From: Dendrobates tinctorius
Taxonomy: Eukaryota
Assembly (NCBI RefSeq): GCF_039654945.1
Contig: NW_027361838.1
Location: 7,688,001-7,752,000 of the forward strand
Direction of reading: 5' to 3'
DNA: 64,000 bases
In this document: piece by piece, positions 25,946-38,260 of the stretch
Numbering within the stretch: position 1 is the first letter of the stretch
Layout of the letters: every line of letters begins with the position of its first letter
Translations under genes and position numbers: made by a program
Notes under the pieces: model-generated
Database searches by the model: none
What the model was told of the DNA's origin: nothing
What the model saw: only the letters and a program-made list of their open reading frames with translations

Positions 25946-27299
25946 TACAAACACATGGCATATTCTCTGTGTATTCTAGGGGGGAGCATCTGCCTCTGCA
26001 ACACCTAAAAGGGACGACAATACAGTAGGGAAGTGTACAAGATGTGCTATCTGCAATACTAAGCTGCCGGACACCTTGGAAAAACACCTATGCGAACCTT
26101 GCATCTCAACGGTCATCAAGGAAGAGCAGTCATCTCTGCTGTTGGATATGAGGTCCATTATCAGAGTGGAGGTCCAGGCTTCTAGCTCGGGGCTTATCCA
26201 GACGCACACTTCTCAGCCAAAGTCCCAGGGTGGTCCCCGTGCAAAGAGGCCAAGGGAGATGAAGCTGACCTCACAGGAGGATGTATACTCAAGCTAATCT
26301 GACTAGGAAGAAGGGGGAAATGTTTGCCGACCCGCCAGAGGAATGGGAGGGAAGAGATATATTTTCTCCTGAGGACATGGACGAACTCCGGGCAGTAAGG
26401 AGCACTATGCAGGTGGAGGAAACTCAGAAGCCTCTCTATACAGGACGATATGTTCGGTGATTTAAGATCCCAGAGGAAGAAAGTCTTCACGGTTAACGAC
26501 CACATCCGCTCGATGATCATGAATGAGTGCGAAGATGCCGAAAAAAGGCTGGTTATACCCAGAGACTTTAAGCTTCATATGCCCTTTGAACCAGAGGACA
26601 TTAAAGCCTGGGAGGACGTCCCTAAAATCGATGTGCCCATAGCCAAGGTGGCGAAGAGGACTTCAATCTTGTTTGAGCACTAATCTAACCTTAAACAGCC
26701 GATGGATTGGAAAGGCGGATGGTCTCCTTAAGAGAACCTGGGAGATTTTAGTGACCAAAATTCAAGCCAACATCGCGGCAACCTCGGTTGCTCGGTCCAT
26801 GCACCTATGGGTCGATGACTTGGAGGAACACCTAAAGTCTAAAACCACCCTGGGACGCTATCTTGAAATCCCTTCCCCCTCCTAAAGATAGCTACTGGGT
26901 TCATGGCTGATGCATCTGCAGAATCTTTTAGATTCGCAGCTAGGAACAAAGCCTTGTCTAATACTGCCCGGCGAGCTATTTGGCTAAAAACATGGTCTGA
27001 GGATACATAGTCTAAAAGAAAGCTGTGTTCCATTCCCTTCTCGAGTGATAGTGTTTGTCCCAGTTCTAGATATTCTGGAAAAGGCATCAGATAAAAAGGG
27101 GTTCCCTGGGGATAAACCAAGAAAGTATCAGCCCTTTTGTAGACCCCAACTGGAAGTCGGGCTAAAAGGGAGGGGTAAGTCGGGCAGATGGAGCCTACCC
27201 CAAAGGAGGTAGAGGTAAGGGCTCTATCTTCAGTTCAAGTTCCGGTTCAGGAAGAAAATGACGCCGTGAGAGTGGGGGGACTGTTAGGACAATACTTGG

Positions 27300-27694
27300 G
27301 AGATGTTCCAGCAACTTCGACCAAAGGATGTGGACCTCCGCCCATTTTGTTTCCCTCCCACTTTACTTCAGCCAGCAAGTGTATATAGGTATATGCTTAT
27401 TTGTAAGATGTTAAGCTATGAGTAAGGACCCTCTAGTCCGAAACGCGTAAGCGTCTGTCACATTGGTGAACCATATGTTTTTTATGCATCTATTCTGTTT
27501 TTAATCATTTTTTTGGAATAAAGTCTTTTGATTTTAACCATCCTTTGGTCGAAGTTGCTGGAACATCTCCCAAGCATTGTGCCTACAAGATTTTCCGGAA
27601 TCCAAGTTCCCTGCACCGCCCAGGATTGATTGCATTCCTCCAGACTTCGCATTTGCTACGGTTTGGTGAGCTGACAAAAAACTTTTTCCTTTGT
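27300..27694 (+). mobile_element. Penelope-like retroelement terminal fragment with partial inversion
   Basis: Inverted repeat 27296-27331 against 27539-27574. Flanking duplication ggactgttaggaca(a/g)ta(c/t)ttgg. Contains GAAACGCGT and AATAAA. Confidence 0.6.
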
Positions 27695-28061
27695 GGACTG
27701 TTAGGACAGTATTTGGAAAGTTGGCAAGAGATCTCAGAAAATCAGTGGGTGTAGGGGATAATCTCTTCAGGTTACAGAATAGAGTTTACGCAGACCCCGT
27801 CAGGGAGGTTCATAATTACAAGCTCCCGTCTCCAGTCTGCTGCTTCCCCCATGTGGTCGGATGTTCAGGATGTCCTAAAGATCGGAGCAATTGTTCTGGT
27901 GCCCGAGAAAGGTGCAAAGGCCACTATTTCAGTCTCTTCTCGGGAGAGAGCCACACAATAATAAACCTGAAACCTGAGTGAAGTACAAAAAATTCAAAAT
28001 GGAGTCCATCAGGTCCACAATCCCCCTGATAGACAAAAACGCGGTGATATGTACCTTAGAC

Positions 28062-28200
28062 CAGGGTTCCCCAACTCCAGTCCTCAAGGCCCACCAACAG
28101 ATCAAGTTTTTGAGATTTCCTTTGTGTTGCACAGGTGAAGCAATTATCACCTGAGCAATACTAAGGAAATCCTGAAAACATGATCTGTTGGGGAACCCTG
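28062..28200. mobile_element. Small hAT-type MITE
   Basis: TIR cagggttccccaac; 8-bp TSD ccttagac/ccctagac. Confidence 0.8.
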
Positions 28201-30475
28201 CCCTAGACCTAAAAAAAAATGAGTACTATCCCATTCCCTTCCATGCTTCCTTCCAGCTGTACTTAAGGTTCGCTCTAAAGGTCCAGGGGATGGACCTTCA
28301 CTACCAGTTCTGTTGCCTTCCCTTGTAGCCTCAGCGCCCATATTGTTCACCAAGCTAATGGCGGAAGTGGTCGCCTAAGGAAGCTAGATATTATCATAGT
28401 CCCCTACCTGGATGACTTATCATAGCCAGCTCCAGGGAAGAACCCATGGAGCACTGTCTGACCTCAGTCTACACGCTACTAAAGCTGGGATGGGTGATAA
28501 ACTGGAAGTAGTCATATCTCCCTCCAGAATCCAGAAAGAGGTTCCTGCGGGTTCTCCTAGACTCTCACCTAAGAACATCTTTCTTACCAGTAGATAAGCA
28601 AACCTTTAATAGGGGACAGAATCGTCAATTCTCAGGAAGCCGTTGTTCCATCAGGGAGGCAACGTGGATCCTGGGACTAATGACTTCCTGCATCCCCTGT
28701 GTTCAGTGGAGTAAGTTCCACTCACGGGGTCTCCAGGGGGCCATTCTGGCTACTTGGGACAAACGCCAACTGTCCCTGGATATGGTGATGCCCCTTTCTG
28801 CCTCAGTAAAGAGATCTCTACACTGGTGGACCATTCCAGAAAACCTCCAGATGGGAGTCCCCTGGGTTCTCTCTCCCTGTGAAGTAATCACCACCGATGC
28901 AAGTCAACTAGGCTGGGGTGGTCAAATGGAAGGGAGATGCTCCCAAGGAACTTGGACTCCAGAAATCCAAGCCAGGTCCTCAAATTACAGGGAACTGTGC
29001 GCAGTGTGGGAGATCTATTTAGCTTCAAAAGCTAAATAGCGCTCCTTCCTTCTCAGCCCTGACCTGTGGCCGAACAGTTTCTGACGGCATTTACAGCACC
29101 ACCACATTCGGGGGAAATAGCCACACAACTGTGAACTGGACAGCTCCGGTGCGTGCACAGTTCATAATGTAGGAGATACGGTCGACACCAACTGCAATCT
29201 GTTGTGGCAGCCGTATTTGCTCAAAACACTTAAACAGCAAATAATAAAACCAGAGCCTATGGCTGCAGATATAATAAAAAACCGCGACACATTCCATTTA
29301 AGAAATATTGCCATCTATGGAGCTTGTTGAGGGTTTGTATTTGCATGCTTAGCTGTACTTTTCATTAATTATAAGGAAGGATAAGTGACGCTTCACGAAC
29401 ACTTATTTAATGAGAGTACAAAAAGGATAAATTTAAAAAACCTTTGATACCGTAACATGACGTGTTTCAGGAACTTGTGCTCACATTAAATAAAAAGATT
29501 TCTGGTGGAGCTGGACTTATCATTATGTTCAATTGCTGCTCCCAGGCAGAGACGTAGTACATGTTCTGAACTGCATTCTACATCGGTGAGCCTGATGCTC
29601 TTGTTACTGCACTTTTTATTGATGCCTTTTTTCTGTTAGATACATAACAAACTTTTTTTTACTTGTTATAATCCCAAGATATTTGAACTTACAATCTTAT
29701 ACATTATATACTGTATTGCATGATATAGTCATTGCAGTTCTCAGATGAAGCTCAATTTCTGGCTGAGCTTTATAGGAGTAGTAATATGGTAGCCACGGGA
29801 GCCTTCAGCAGACACCTGTAACCATGGTAATCAGCAGCAGCCAAGGAAGTCCTCGATGGGTGGGGACAGCAGAAAGCAGCGCACATGTACACTGGTAAAC
29901 AGGCAATTTACATGCCACTGTCCATGATTGGCAGTGGCATTTAAATGGTTTACAGAGATCAGAGCTAACACCAGCTGCTGCTGTTAAGAGACAGATGCTG
30001 ACTGCGTAACACAGTTGCCATCTGCTGGGTATGAAGCAAGCTCAGCTCCACACAGCTCACAGTGACCTGTGACAAAATTTTAGTTCACATGTCATAAAGG
30101 AGTTAATACCAAAGAGCTGTTCCTTCATGCTGGATAAACTCTTAGCTTTACCTTAAAAAAAAACAAAACAGAAAAACGATAATTAGACCCACCGATAGTT
30201 GTGTTTCCAGGAATCCGTCCTGACAGGACTATGGAGGTCGTCCTTCTTATCCTTGCTGGGACAGGAAACAAAGAGGTTAAATGGACTCTCCGATCTCCAC
30301 CTCTGTGTCTTTTTCAAGTGCCACACCAGTATGGATGCAATAGAATTTATTGACCATTCTTTATACAAACGTTATGTCACAAGTATAGAATTTCTCAGAA
30401 GGGAGGCAACTAGCCGTGCAGAACCTTGCTATCAAGGGGAAGGCTGCTAGGGGAGAATCAAAGAATACGCTTAAC

Positions 30476-30748
30476 CAGGGCTGTGGAGTTGGTAAGCCAA
30501 ACCTGCGACTCCGACTCCTCAATTTCCCTTACTCCGATTCCCACATATATTGCTTATATTTAAGTGAAATTTATTGTAGTATAATGTGCAGACATTTTAA
30601 TTATTTTAATGATACAATAATCAACATATTTAGATAGAACATGATATATTTACTGGAATACAACTTTAGAACACAAAACTGTAATAAATTGTAAATATGT
30701 ATTGCACTATGTAATATCGATTACATACTGTATATTCTGTGTGTGTGT

Positions 30749-30826
<78 letters not shown>

Positions 30827-32165
30827 GCTGAAGAACCCGGCGATACCCGGGCATAGTAACTAACTGTGGTTAGTTATAGCAAATTAGAATTATCCTCCAT
30901 CCCATAGTCCCGTGCCCATATACCCTTCACACATCCTCCATCCCATAGTCCCATGCCCATATGCCCATCATACATATTCGCCATCCCATAGTCTCGTGCC
31001 CATATACCCGTCATACATATCCTCCATCCCATAGTCTCGTGCCCATTTACCCGTCATACATATCCTCCATCCCAAGTCCAGTGCCCATATACCCATCACA
31101 CATCCTCCATCCCATAGTCAACCATTATGACATCATAATGAGCGGCAGGGCTTGTAACCTATGACATCAGCGTCGCCATGGCAACCATTGACATCATAAT
31201 GAGGGGCGGGGCTTGATACACACTTTTTCCCCATTATGTAGATATGGGCAAAATTGTTTGGTGAATTGGAACACGCGGGGTTAAATTTTCGCCTCACAAC
31301 ATAGCCTAGGACACTCTTGGGGTCCAGACGTGTGAATGGAACCAAATTTTATGGCTGTAGCTGCGACGGTGCGGCTGCCAATCCCAGACATGCATACAAA
31401 CACACACTTGAGATAGAGATATATATATCGCTCTCTATCTATCTAACACTATGACTTATCTCAGCTAAGAAAAAGCCTAGATCCTCAGGCTACATACACA
31501 ACATGGGCGTAGCCAGGATCAAACCTAGGGGGGGGGCAGAGCCTCATAATGTTCCGCAGAACCTCATACTGCACACCTCAGCTGCTGCAGAACCTCATAC
31601 TGCACGCCCCCTACACTTGAAAATCCTGCACCTTAAGAAGATGTGATGAATGCAGTCTATTTATTCCAACTATCAATTGATGTTGATGTGTTACTGAAGA
31701 CGAGCAATGCCTGTCCTGGGCGTCCTTTTGGGCAGCTATGGGTGTACCTGACTGGTGCTAAAAAAAAAAAAAAAAAGTGTGTTAGTCTGTGTGCTATCCG
31801 GCTTTCATTCTTTTTGGTACAGATAAGATATGGATAGACAGATATGGATAAATGGATAGAGCAGATTTCTAATCTGCTTTTGCTATTGAAAACATTATCT
31901 ATGCGCTCAAAAACCTTTCAGGTAATGCTTTTTTTTAAAAAGCTGATCTGCTTTTGCAGCTAAAAAAGTATCCTCAAAAAATGCAGGAAAAACGCTGTTG
32001 TGAATGTAGCCTTAGATCAGGAATAGAACAGCCATTTATAGGACATTTCATAACTTTCCCAAATTCCTATGAAAAAATATTCAGCACATTCTGCATTGAA
32101 CTACTGTACCCAATTTATTATATATTTTAGGAGTCGGTCTGTCTTATTCCGACTCCACAGCCCTG
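30476..32165. mobile_element. hAT-type MITE containing a (TA)n tract and a Helitron, inserted in a DIRS remnant (about 30190-32310)
   Basis: TIR cagggctgtggagt; 8-bp TSD cgcttaac/tgcttaac. 30202-30320 resembles the DIRS terminus at 23704. Confidence 0.75.
30823..31410 (-). mobile_element. Non-autonomous Helitron, same family as 6491-7968
   Basis: Inverse of both terminal regions of 6491-7968, with a different internal 41-43-bp minisatellite. Confidence 0.7.
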
Positions 32166-32317
32166 TGCTTAACACTGAAATTTGTACTCATAGGGTACTC
32201 GCTCCTAGACCTCTGTTGAATCCTACCTGCACGAAATCTAGAATCCTGGGAATATCAGGGCGAGATGTATCCACCGAGGATCTCCCGCACTCTGTATAGA
32301 AACGCTTCTGAATCTTG

Positions 32318-33340
32318 ATATTATTTATTATTGCACCATTAATTCCATGGTGCTGTACATGAGAAGGGGTTAAATACAAAGTTATTGATATTGTTTACAG
32401 TAAACAAATTTACAATGACAGACTGGTACAGAGGAGAGAAAACCCTGTCTTTGCGGACTTGCATTCTACGGGATAATGGGGAAGAGACAGAAGGTCAGGG
32501 TGCAGCAGCTCTGGTGGTGGTGAGGCGGCAGAATGGTTATTGCAGGCTGTAAGCTTTCCTGAAGAGATGGGTTTTCAGGTTCCGTTTGAAGAATCCGAGG
32601 GTGGTGAATAATCGGACGTGTTGAGGCGTGGAATTCCAGAGGATGGGGGATATTCAGGAGAAAGCTTGGAGGCGGTTGTGTGAGGAACGAATAAGTGTGG
32701 AGGAGAATAGGAGGTCTTGGGAGGATTGAAGATTACGTGAGGGAAGATATTGGGAGATTAGTTCAGAGATATAGGGAGGGGACAGGTTGTGGATGGCTTT
32801 GTAGGTCAATGTTAGTAGTGTGAACTGGATTCATTGGGGAATTGGGAGCCAGTGGAGGGATTTGCAGAGGGGTGAAACAGGGAAGTAGCGAGGAAAGAGG
32901 TGGATTAGTTGCGAAGGACAGACTTGAGTGGTGCAATAGTTAGAAGGGAGGCCACAGAGGAGAGTGTTGCAGTAGTCAAGGCGGGAGATGATGAGGGCGC
33001 GTACAAGAGTTTTAGCAGATTGAGGACTGAGGAAGGGATGGATTCTGGATATATTTTTGAGTTGGAGGCAACAGGAGTTGGCAAGAGTTTGGGCGTGCGT
33101 TTTGAAGGACAGGGCAGAGTCGAGAGTTACTCCGAGGCAGCGGATTTCTGGTGCGGGAGAGAGCCTGATGCCGTTTGCCATAATAGATAGATTGGGTAGG
33201 GAAGATACGTGAGATGGAGGAAAGACTATGAGTTCGGTTTTGTCTACATTGAGTTTTAGGAAGCGAGCGGTGAAGGAGGGATATGGCTGATGGACACTCT
33301 GGGATTCTGGACAGCAGAGAGGTGACATCTTGGCCAGAGA
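32318..33340 (-). mobile_element. 5'-truncated L2-clade LINE
   Basis: RT C-terminus LKLNVDKTELIVFPP...SRLDYCNTLLCGLP...LHWLPI; short AAT-repeat 3' tail. Confidence 0.85.
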
Positions 33341-33472
33341 GTTGATGTTTGAATTTTCCCTTTAAGCAGTTGAATTTTTTTTATTTTTTTTTTCCTTCTA
33401 CATAAGATTTACTGTATTTTAGATTCTGTATTTTTTAACAAAAGTTGACAAGGTTATCTCTTTGTATTTCAG

Positions 33473-33610
33473 CTTCAAAGGAAACCTAAGCCATTCCCTA
33501 AACTTAAAATCCTACGGACAGTGGAAAACATCAATGACTTCAAAGCAGAAGATTTCCAGCTTGAAGGCTACGACCCTCATCCTACCATTAGAATGGAAAT
33601 GGCCGTGTGA
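33473..33610 (+). CDS. TYMS: Thymidylate synthase exon 7 (last coding exon, TGA stop)
   Basis: 138 bp, LQRKPKPFPKLKILRTVENINDFKAEDFQLEGYDPHPTIRMEMAV*. Confidence 0.98.
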   Translation, partial: LQRKPKPFPKLKILRTVENINDFKAEDFQLEGYDPHPTIRMEMAV

Positions 33611-34159
33611 TGTTTTCAGAAGAATCTTAATTCCCCCCCCTCTCATACTTTAGCGCTTATTGTTATCACAGTTGTGAGTTGTCCTAACTAAACAATGTTA
33701 CTTGGCGGTGTGTGTGTATAAAGCAATTCTATAGTAAACTTGATATTTACAAACCAGTTATTTCTTTAAAATATTTTTTTATTTGGTGACCACTTAACGC
33801 TATATACAGTATATCCGTTATGAGCACGTCCTTTAGTGTTGCAGGACGCATATGTTCATCAAGCTGATCACACAGTATAGCTTATGTACAGAGCACAGCT
33901 CCTACTGTAACTGCTGGGATCTGTGGTCTCACTAGCAGTCTAACTCCTCATGTGCTGTTGTGAGTAGTAACAGCAGCACATAGAAAAGTCTGGCACATGG
34001 AAAGTGTTCCCTTTGTCAGTACCTCGGCAGCAAGATGACGGGGTGCCATTGGGCTGATCTTGCAACTGGAGACCTGACACACACCAGAGCATATCTCTAG
34101 AAAACTGCTCCACCCTCCTTCAAGTTAGATGGTTTCTCTGTTTTTTCGTATACGGTATG

Positions 34160-36352
34160 TTTATAGTTGGAAGAGACCTCAAGGGTCATCATGTCTGACC
34201 CCCTGATCAATGCAGGATTCAGTATCCATCTCAGACAGATGTATGTCCAGCCTCTGTTTGAAGCCTTCCATTGCAGGAGAACTCATGACCTCTCGTAGCA
34301 GCCTGTACCACTCATTGATCACCCTCACTGTCAAAAAAATTTTTATCTAATATTTTTTCTGCATCTTCACCCTTTTCAGTTTCATTCCATTGATTCTCGT
34401 GTTTCCATGTGAAAATGAGTACAAGAATGATCCCTCTACACCAGACCAGGGCGAAGTGCGGGCTACAGCCGGCACTCAGGCTGTTTCAGTCCGGCCCGAG
34501 ACAGCCGTGGGGCTGAAGACCTGAGGTCTGCGGGCCGCAGTCAGCATTGGTGGAGGAGGGGCCTCCGGCCACTTCCTTCACAAGTCACCATGTGAAACAG
34601 CTGACACAATGACATGTCATCGCGTCAGCTGTGTACCGCCGGAGAGTCAGCGCATCGGAGACGGAAGCAGAAGCAGGGCGCCTGGGAACGGGACCGAGGT
34701 GAGTATGTGGGTTGTTTTTTTTTTTCCCTTTGAATATGGGAGTGAACATGGGGATTCTATGGGGGTGTCATGCTGCACACGGGGAGGCTATGGGGGTGAC
34801 ATGCTGCACATGGTGAGGCTGTGGTGTTATGTGCTACAGAACCACTCAGCACTCAGAATATGTTGTGCAGTTATATGTATGTATAATAGGTTCTATGTGA
34901 GATGCATGTCCCTAATGCATCAGTTCACAGGCTGCGCCCCTGGGCAGAGGGGACACGATATTCTCCTTTTGTCCGCCCTCCCCCCACCTTTGTAATTCCC
35001 ACAGTAAACATCGGCAGGCTCCGGCCACCTGCGGCTTTTGTAATGCATGTCTGGCCTGCCATTTTTCTATTGGCCTGCCCTCTGTATCTGTGTGATATAT
35101 TCTGTGTCCTGTGAGTAAAGTGTTGTCTGACTGGAAATACATGGAGAAGCAGTGATCTTTTATATGCGCCCATGTAACCAAGGAATTCCAGCCAGCGTCA
35201 TTCATTTAGACTCCAGCCAACGCAGAGCGGACCTCCGCAAACACTGGGTGGTACTGAAAGAGGTACTCCAGCTTGGTAGACCCCGTTACATATGGGAAGG
35301 CTTTATACTGTCATGCAATATAAGGGGAGGCTGTGTGGGGCCTCATGCAGTATATGGGAGGCTGTGTGGGGCCTCATGCAGTACATGGGAGGCTGTCTGG
35401 GGCCTCATTCAGTATGTGGAGAGACTGGGGCTCATGCAGTTTATAGGAAGGCTGTGTGGGGGCCTTATGCAGTATATGGGGAAACGGGCTCATGCCGTAC
35501 ATGGGTGAGGCTGTGTGGGGCTCATGCCGTACATGGGTGAGGCTGTGTGGGGCTCATATGCCGTACATGGGTGAGGCTGTGTGGGGCTCATATGCCGTAC
35601 ATGGGTGGGGCTCATGCTGTACATGGGTGAGGCTGTGTGGGGCTCATGCTGTATGTAAGGGGCTGTGGGGGGGTGTCAGCATACTTAATTATGCTCAATA
35701 TTAAGTGATACCATTAATATTGAGTACAATTAATTTCAAGCTATTAGTTTGGCCCTCCACAACAGTCATGGTCTCCCATGTGGCCCCTCGGGGAAAATTA
35801 ATTGCCCACCCCTGCTGTACACTGACATCCCCTCACATATTTGTAGACAACTATTAAGTCTCCTCTTAGCCTTATTTTTGCAAGCTAAACATTTCCAGAT
35901 CCTATATCTGTTCCTTGGACATCCTTTGCAGTCCGCTTACTATCCTGGTAGCTCTTCACTGAACTTGCTCCAGTTTTTCAATGTCTTTTTTTAAAAATAT
36001 GGTGCCCAGGATTGGACACAGTATTCCAGATAAAGCCTGACCAATGAGGAGTAGAGAGGAATAATTACTTCACGTGATCTATACTCTATGCTTCTCTTAA
36101 TACATCCTAAAACTAACTGCCTTTTTTGCTACTGCATCACACTGTTGGCTCATGTGCAATCTGTGATCTATTGGAATACCAAAGTCTTTTTCACATGTGC
36201 TGTTGCTTAGTTCTTTTCTCATTCTATGGATGTAATTTTCGTTTTTCTTGCCCAGATATAGACTCTTGAATTTCGCCCTGTTAAATACCATTCTATTAGT
36301 CACTGCCCATTGTTCAAGCTTCTCTAGATTCTACTGAATCCTTTCTGTCTTC
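34160..36352 (-). mobile_element. CR1 LINE 3' fragment interrupted by a hAT MITE
   Basis: MVFNRAKFKSLYLGKKN...[12 protein letters not shown] (36097-36303). CR1-like 3' end near 34160-34330. Confidence 0.75.
34442..35814. mobile_element. hAT-type MITE with internal ~33-bp minisatellite and a possible solo LTR (34825-35290)
   Basis: CAG...CTG termini; 8-bp TSD ctctacac/ctgtacac. gaggctgtgtggggctcatg repeats at 35290-35670. Confidence 0.6.
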
Positions 36353-38260
36353 TCTAAGTGTCCCGTTACACTAAACGACACACCAGCGATCCCGACAACG
36401 ATATGACCTGGTCAGGATCGCTGGTGTGTTGCTACATGATCGCTGGTGAGCTGTCAAACAGGCAGATCTCACCAGCGACGACGCGGGTAACAAGCGCGTG
36501 CGTCACTTAGTTACCCGCTGTTTACTCTGTCATAAAAACAATTTCTATGGAGTGTACTGCTTATTGTGGTTGTATGGACAGATAATCCAGTCTGTGCTGG
36601 GGAACTCTGCAGCTCCTTCAGGGCTAACTTTTGGTCTCTGTACAGCCTCTCTGATTAATGCCCACCTTGCCACGGGCTGAGAGTTTGGTTGGCGGCCCTC
36701 TTTTCAGGCTTGTTGTGGTACCATGTTCTTTCCATTTGATAATGGATTTGATGTTTCAAGGAATCATCACAGATTGAGATTTTTTTTTTTTTTAACCCAA
36801 CCCTGACTTGTACTTCTCAACAACTTTGTCCCTGACTTGTTTGGAGATCTTCTTTGTCGTTGTGTTGTTGATAAAGGTCCTGTTACATTTAGTGATGCAC
36901 CAGCGATCCCGACAACGATATGACCCGGTCAGGATCGCTGGTGCATCGCTAAATGGTCGCTAGTGAGCTGCCAAACAGGCAGATCTCACCAGCAATGCAG
37001 CAGCGGTCGTTACTTACCTGTCACGCAGCTCTGATGATGTCTTCTGCCGACATCCATGCGTCGCTTGTCGGCACCAGCAGGAAGCCGGCGATGAGAAAAC
37101 GGGCCAGGACGTTCTCGCGCGATCAGCGATATCCAGTGGGAGGGCCGGTCGGAGGTAAGTGTCACATGTAGTGAGATCGCTAGCGATATTGCTGTTGCGT
37201 CACAAAATCGGTTACGCTTTAGGCGCTTTAGTGGTGCCTCTTGCTTAATAGTGTTGCAGCCTCTGTGGCATTTCAGAAAAGGTGTGTATATACTGACAGA
37301 CCATGTGACACTTAGATTGCACACAGATGGACTTCCTTTCATGAAGCATGGGACTTAGGAAGGTAATTGCTTGCACCAGAAATTTTTAGGGGCTTCATCA
37401 CAAAAGGGGTGATTACACGTGTACATGACAATTTTTAGTTATGTTATCCCAAAAAAATAATTTTTGCCTATTTTTCTCACTTCACCAACTTAGACTATTT
37501 AGTGCTAAGGCATCACACACAAATCGGACTACAAAATATTTAAACACAGGTTGTAATGTAAAAAGCCAAGGGGGTGAATCATTTCGTAAGCCACTGTATA
37601 TTAGAATACTACCATTATTCATCCCACATGATTAAGATTATGAAAAAAAAAAACTGCCGGAATTGGCATTTGTTTATCCCACCTCGAATAAATAAGTGAT
37701 AAAGTAGTATATATACCAACATATTACCAATAAATACTACAGCTGGTTGTGTAAAAGATTATATTTGTATCTCATCCATTCTATATGGTGCATGCTGTAA
37801 GGAAATACAACTTGCCAGAATTGTTTGGATCTTACTCATCCGGCCTCACAAAAATAGCAAACTGGCAGTAGTGAAAGCTACAGTTTCTCGCAAAACTCTT
37901 CAAACATCTGTGGACGGAAAAATAAAAAAAATGTATGTCTCAGAACATGACAAACCAACAACCACTTGTAATTTCCAAAAAAGCATTAAAAAACACCCAA
38001 AAAATGTAATCAAAAAGTTATATATGCCCCAAAATGGAATTACTAAAAGCTACTTCATGTGCGGTTGAAACTTCCACCAGAGCAGTGGGCAGAGGTACTG
38101 GTGCCATACTTGACGGGGAACCCCAGAAGGCGTATTATGGCTTAAATTTGCAGGAAAGAGTATGACAAGCTAAAAACGGAGATTCTTGGGGGTGACAATG
38201 ACTATCAAGGCACAGCGGGTTCACCTCTGGACATATCACCGGGACCATCCGCCTTGCTCC

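Larger units (their letters stand above)
23704..29015 (+). mobile_element. Degraded, 3'-truncated DIRS1-like element in TYMS intron 6, interrupted by Tc1, Penelope-like and hAT-MITE insertions
   Basis: Gag remnants (CTRCAIC...LCEPC, WEDVPKIDVPIAKVAKR), VRVGGLL pol start, YLDD near 28405, TTDASQLGWGG RNase H motif. Confidence 0.8.
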
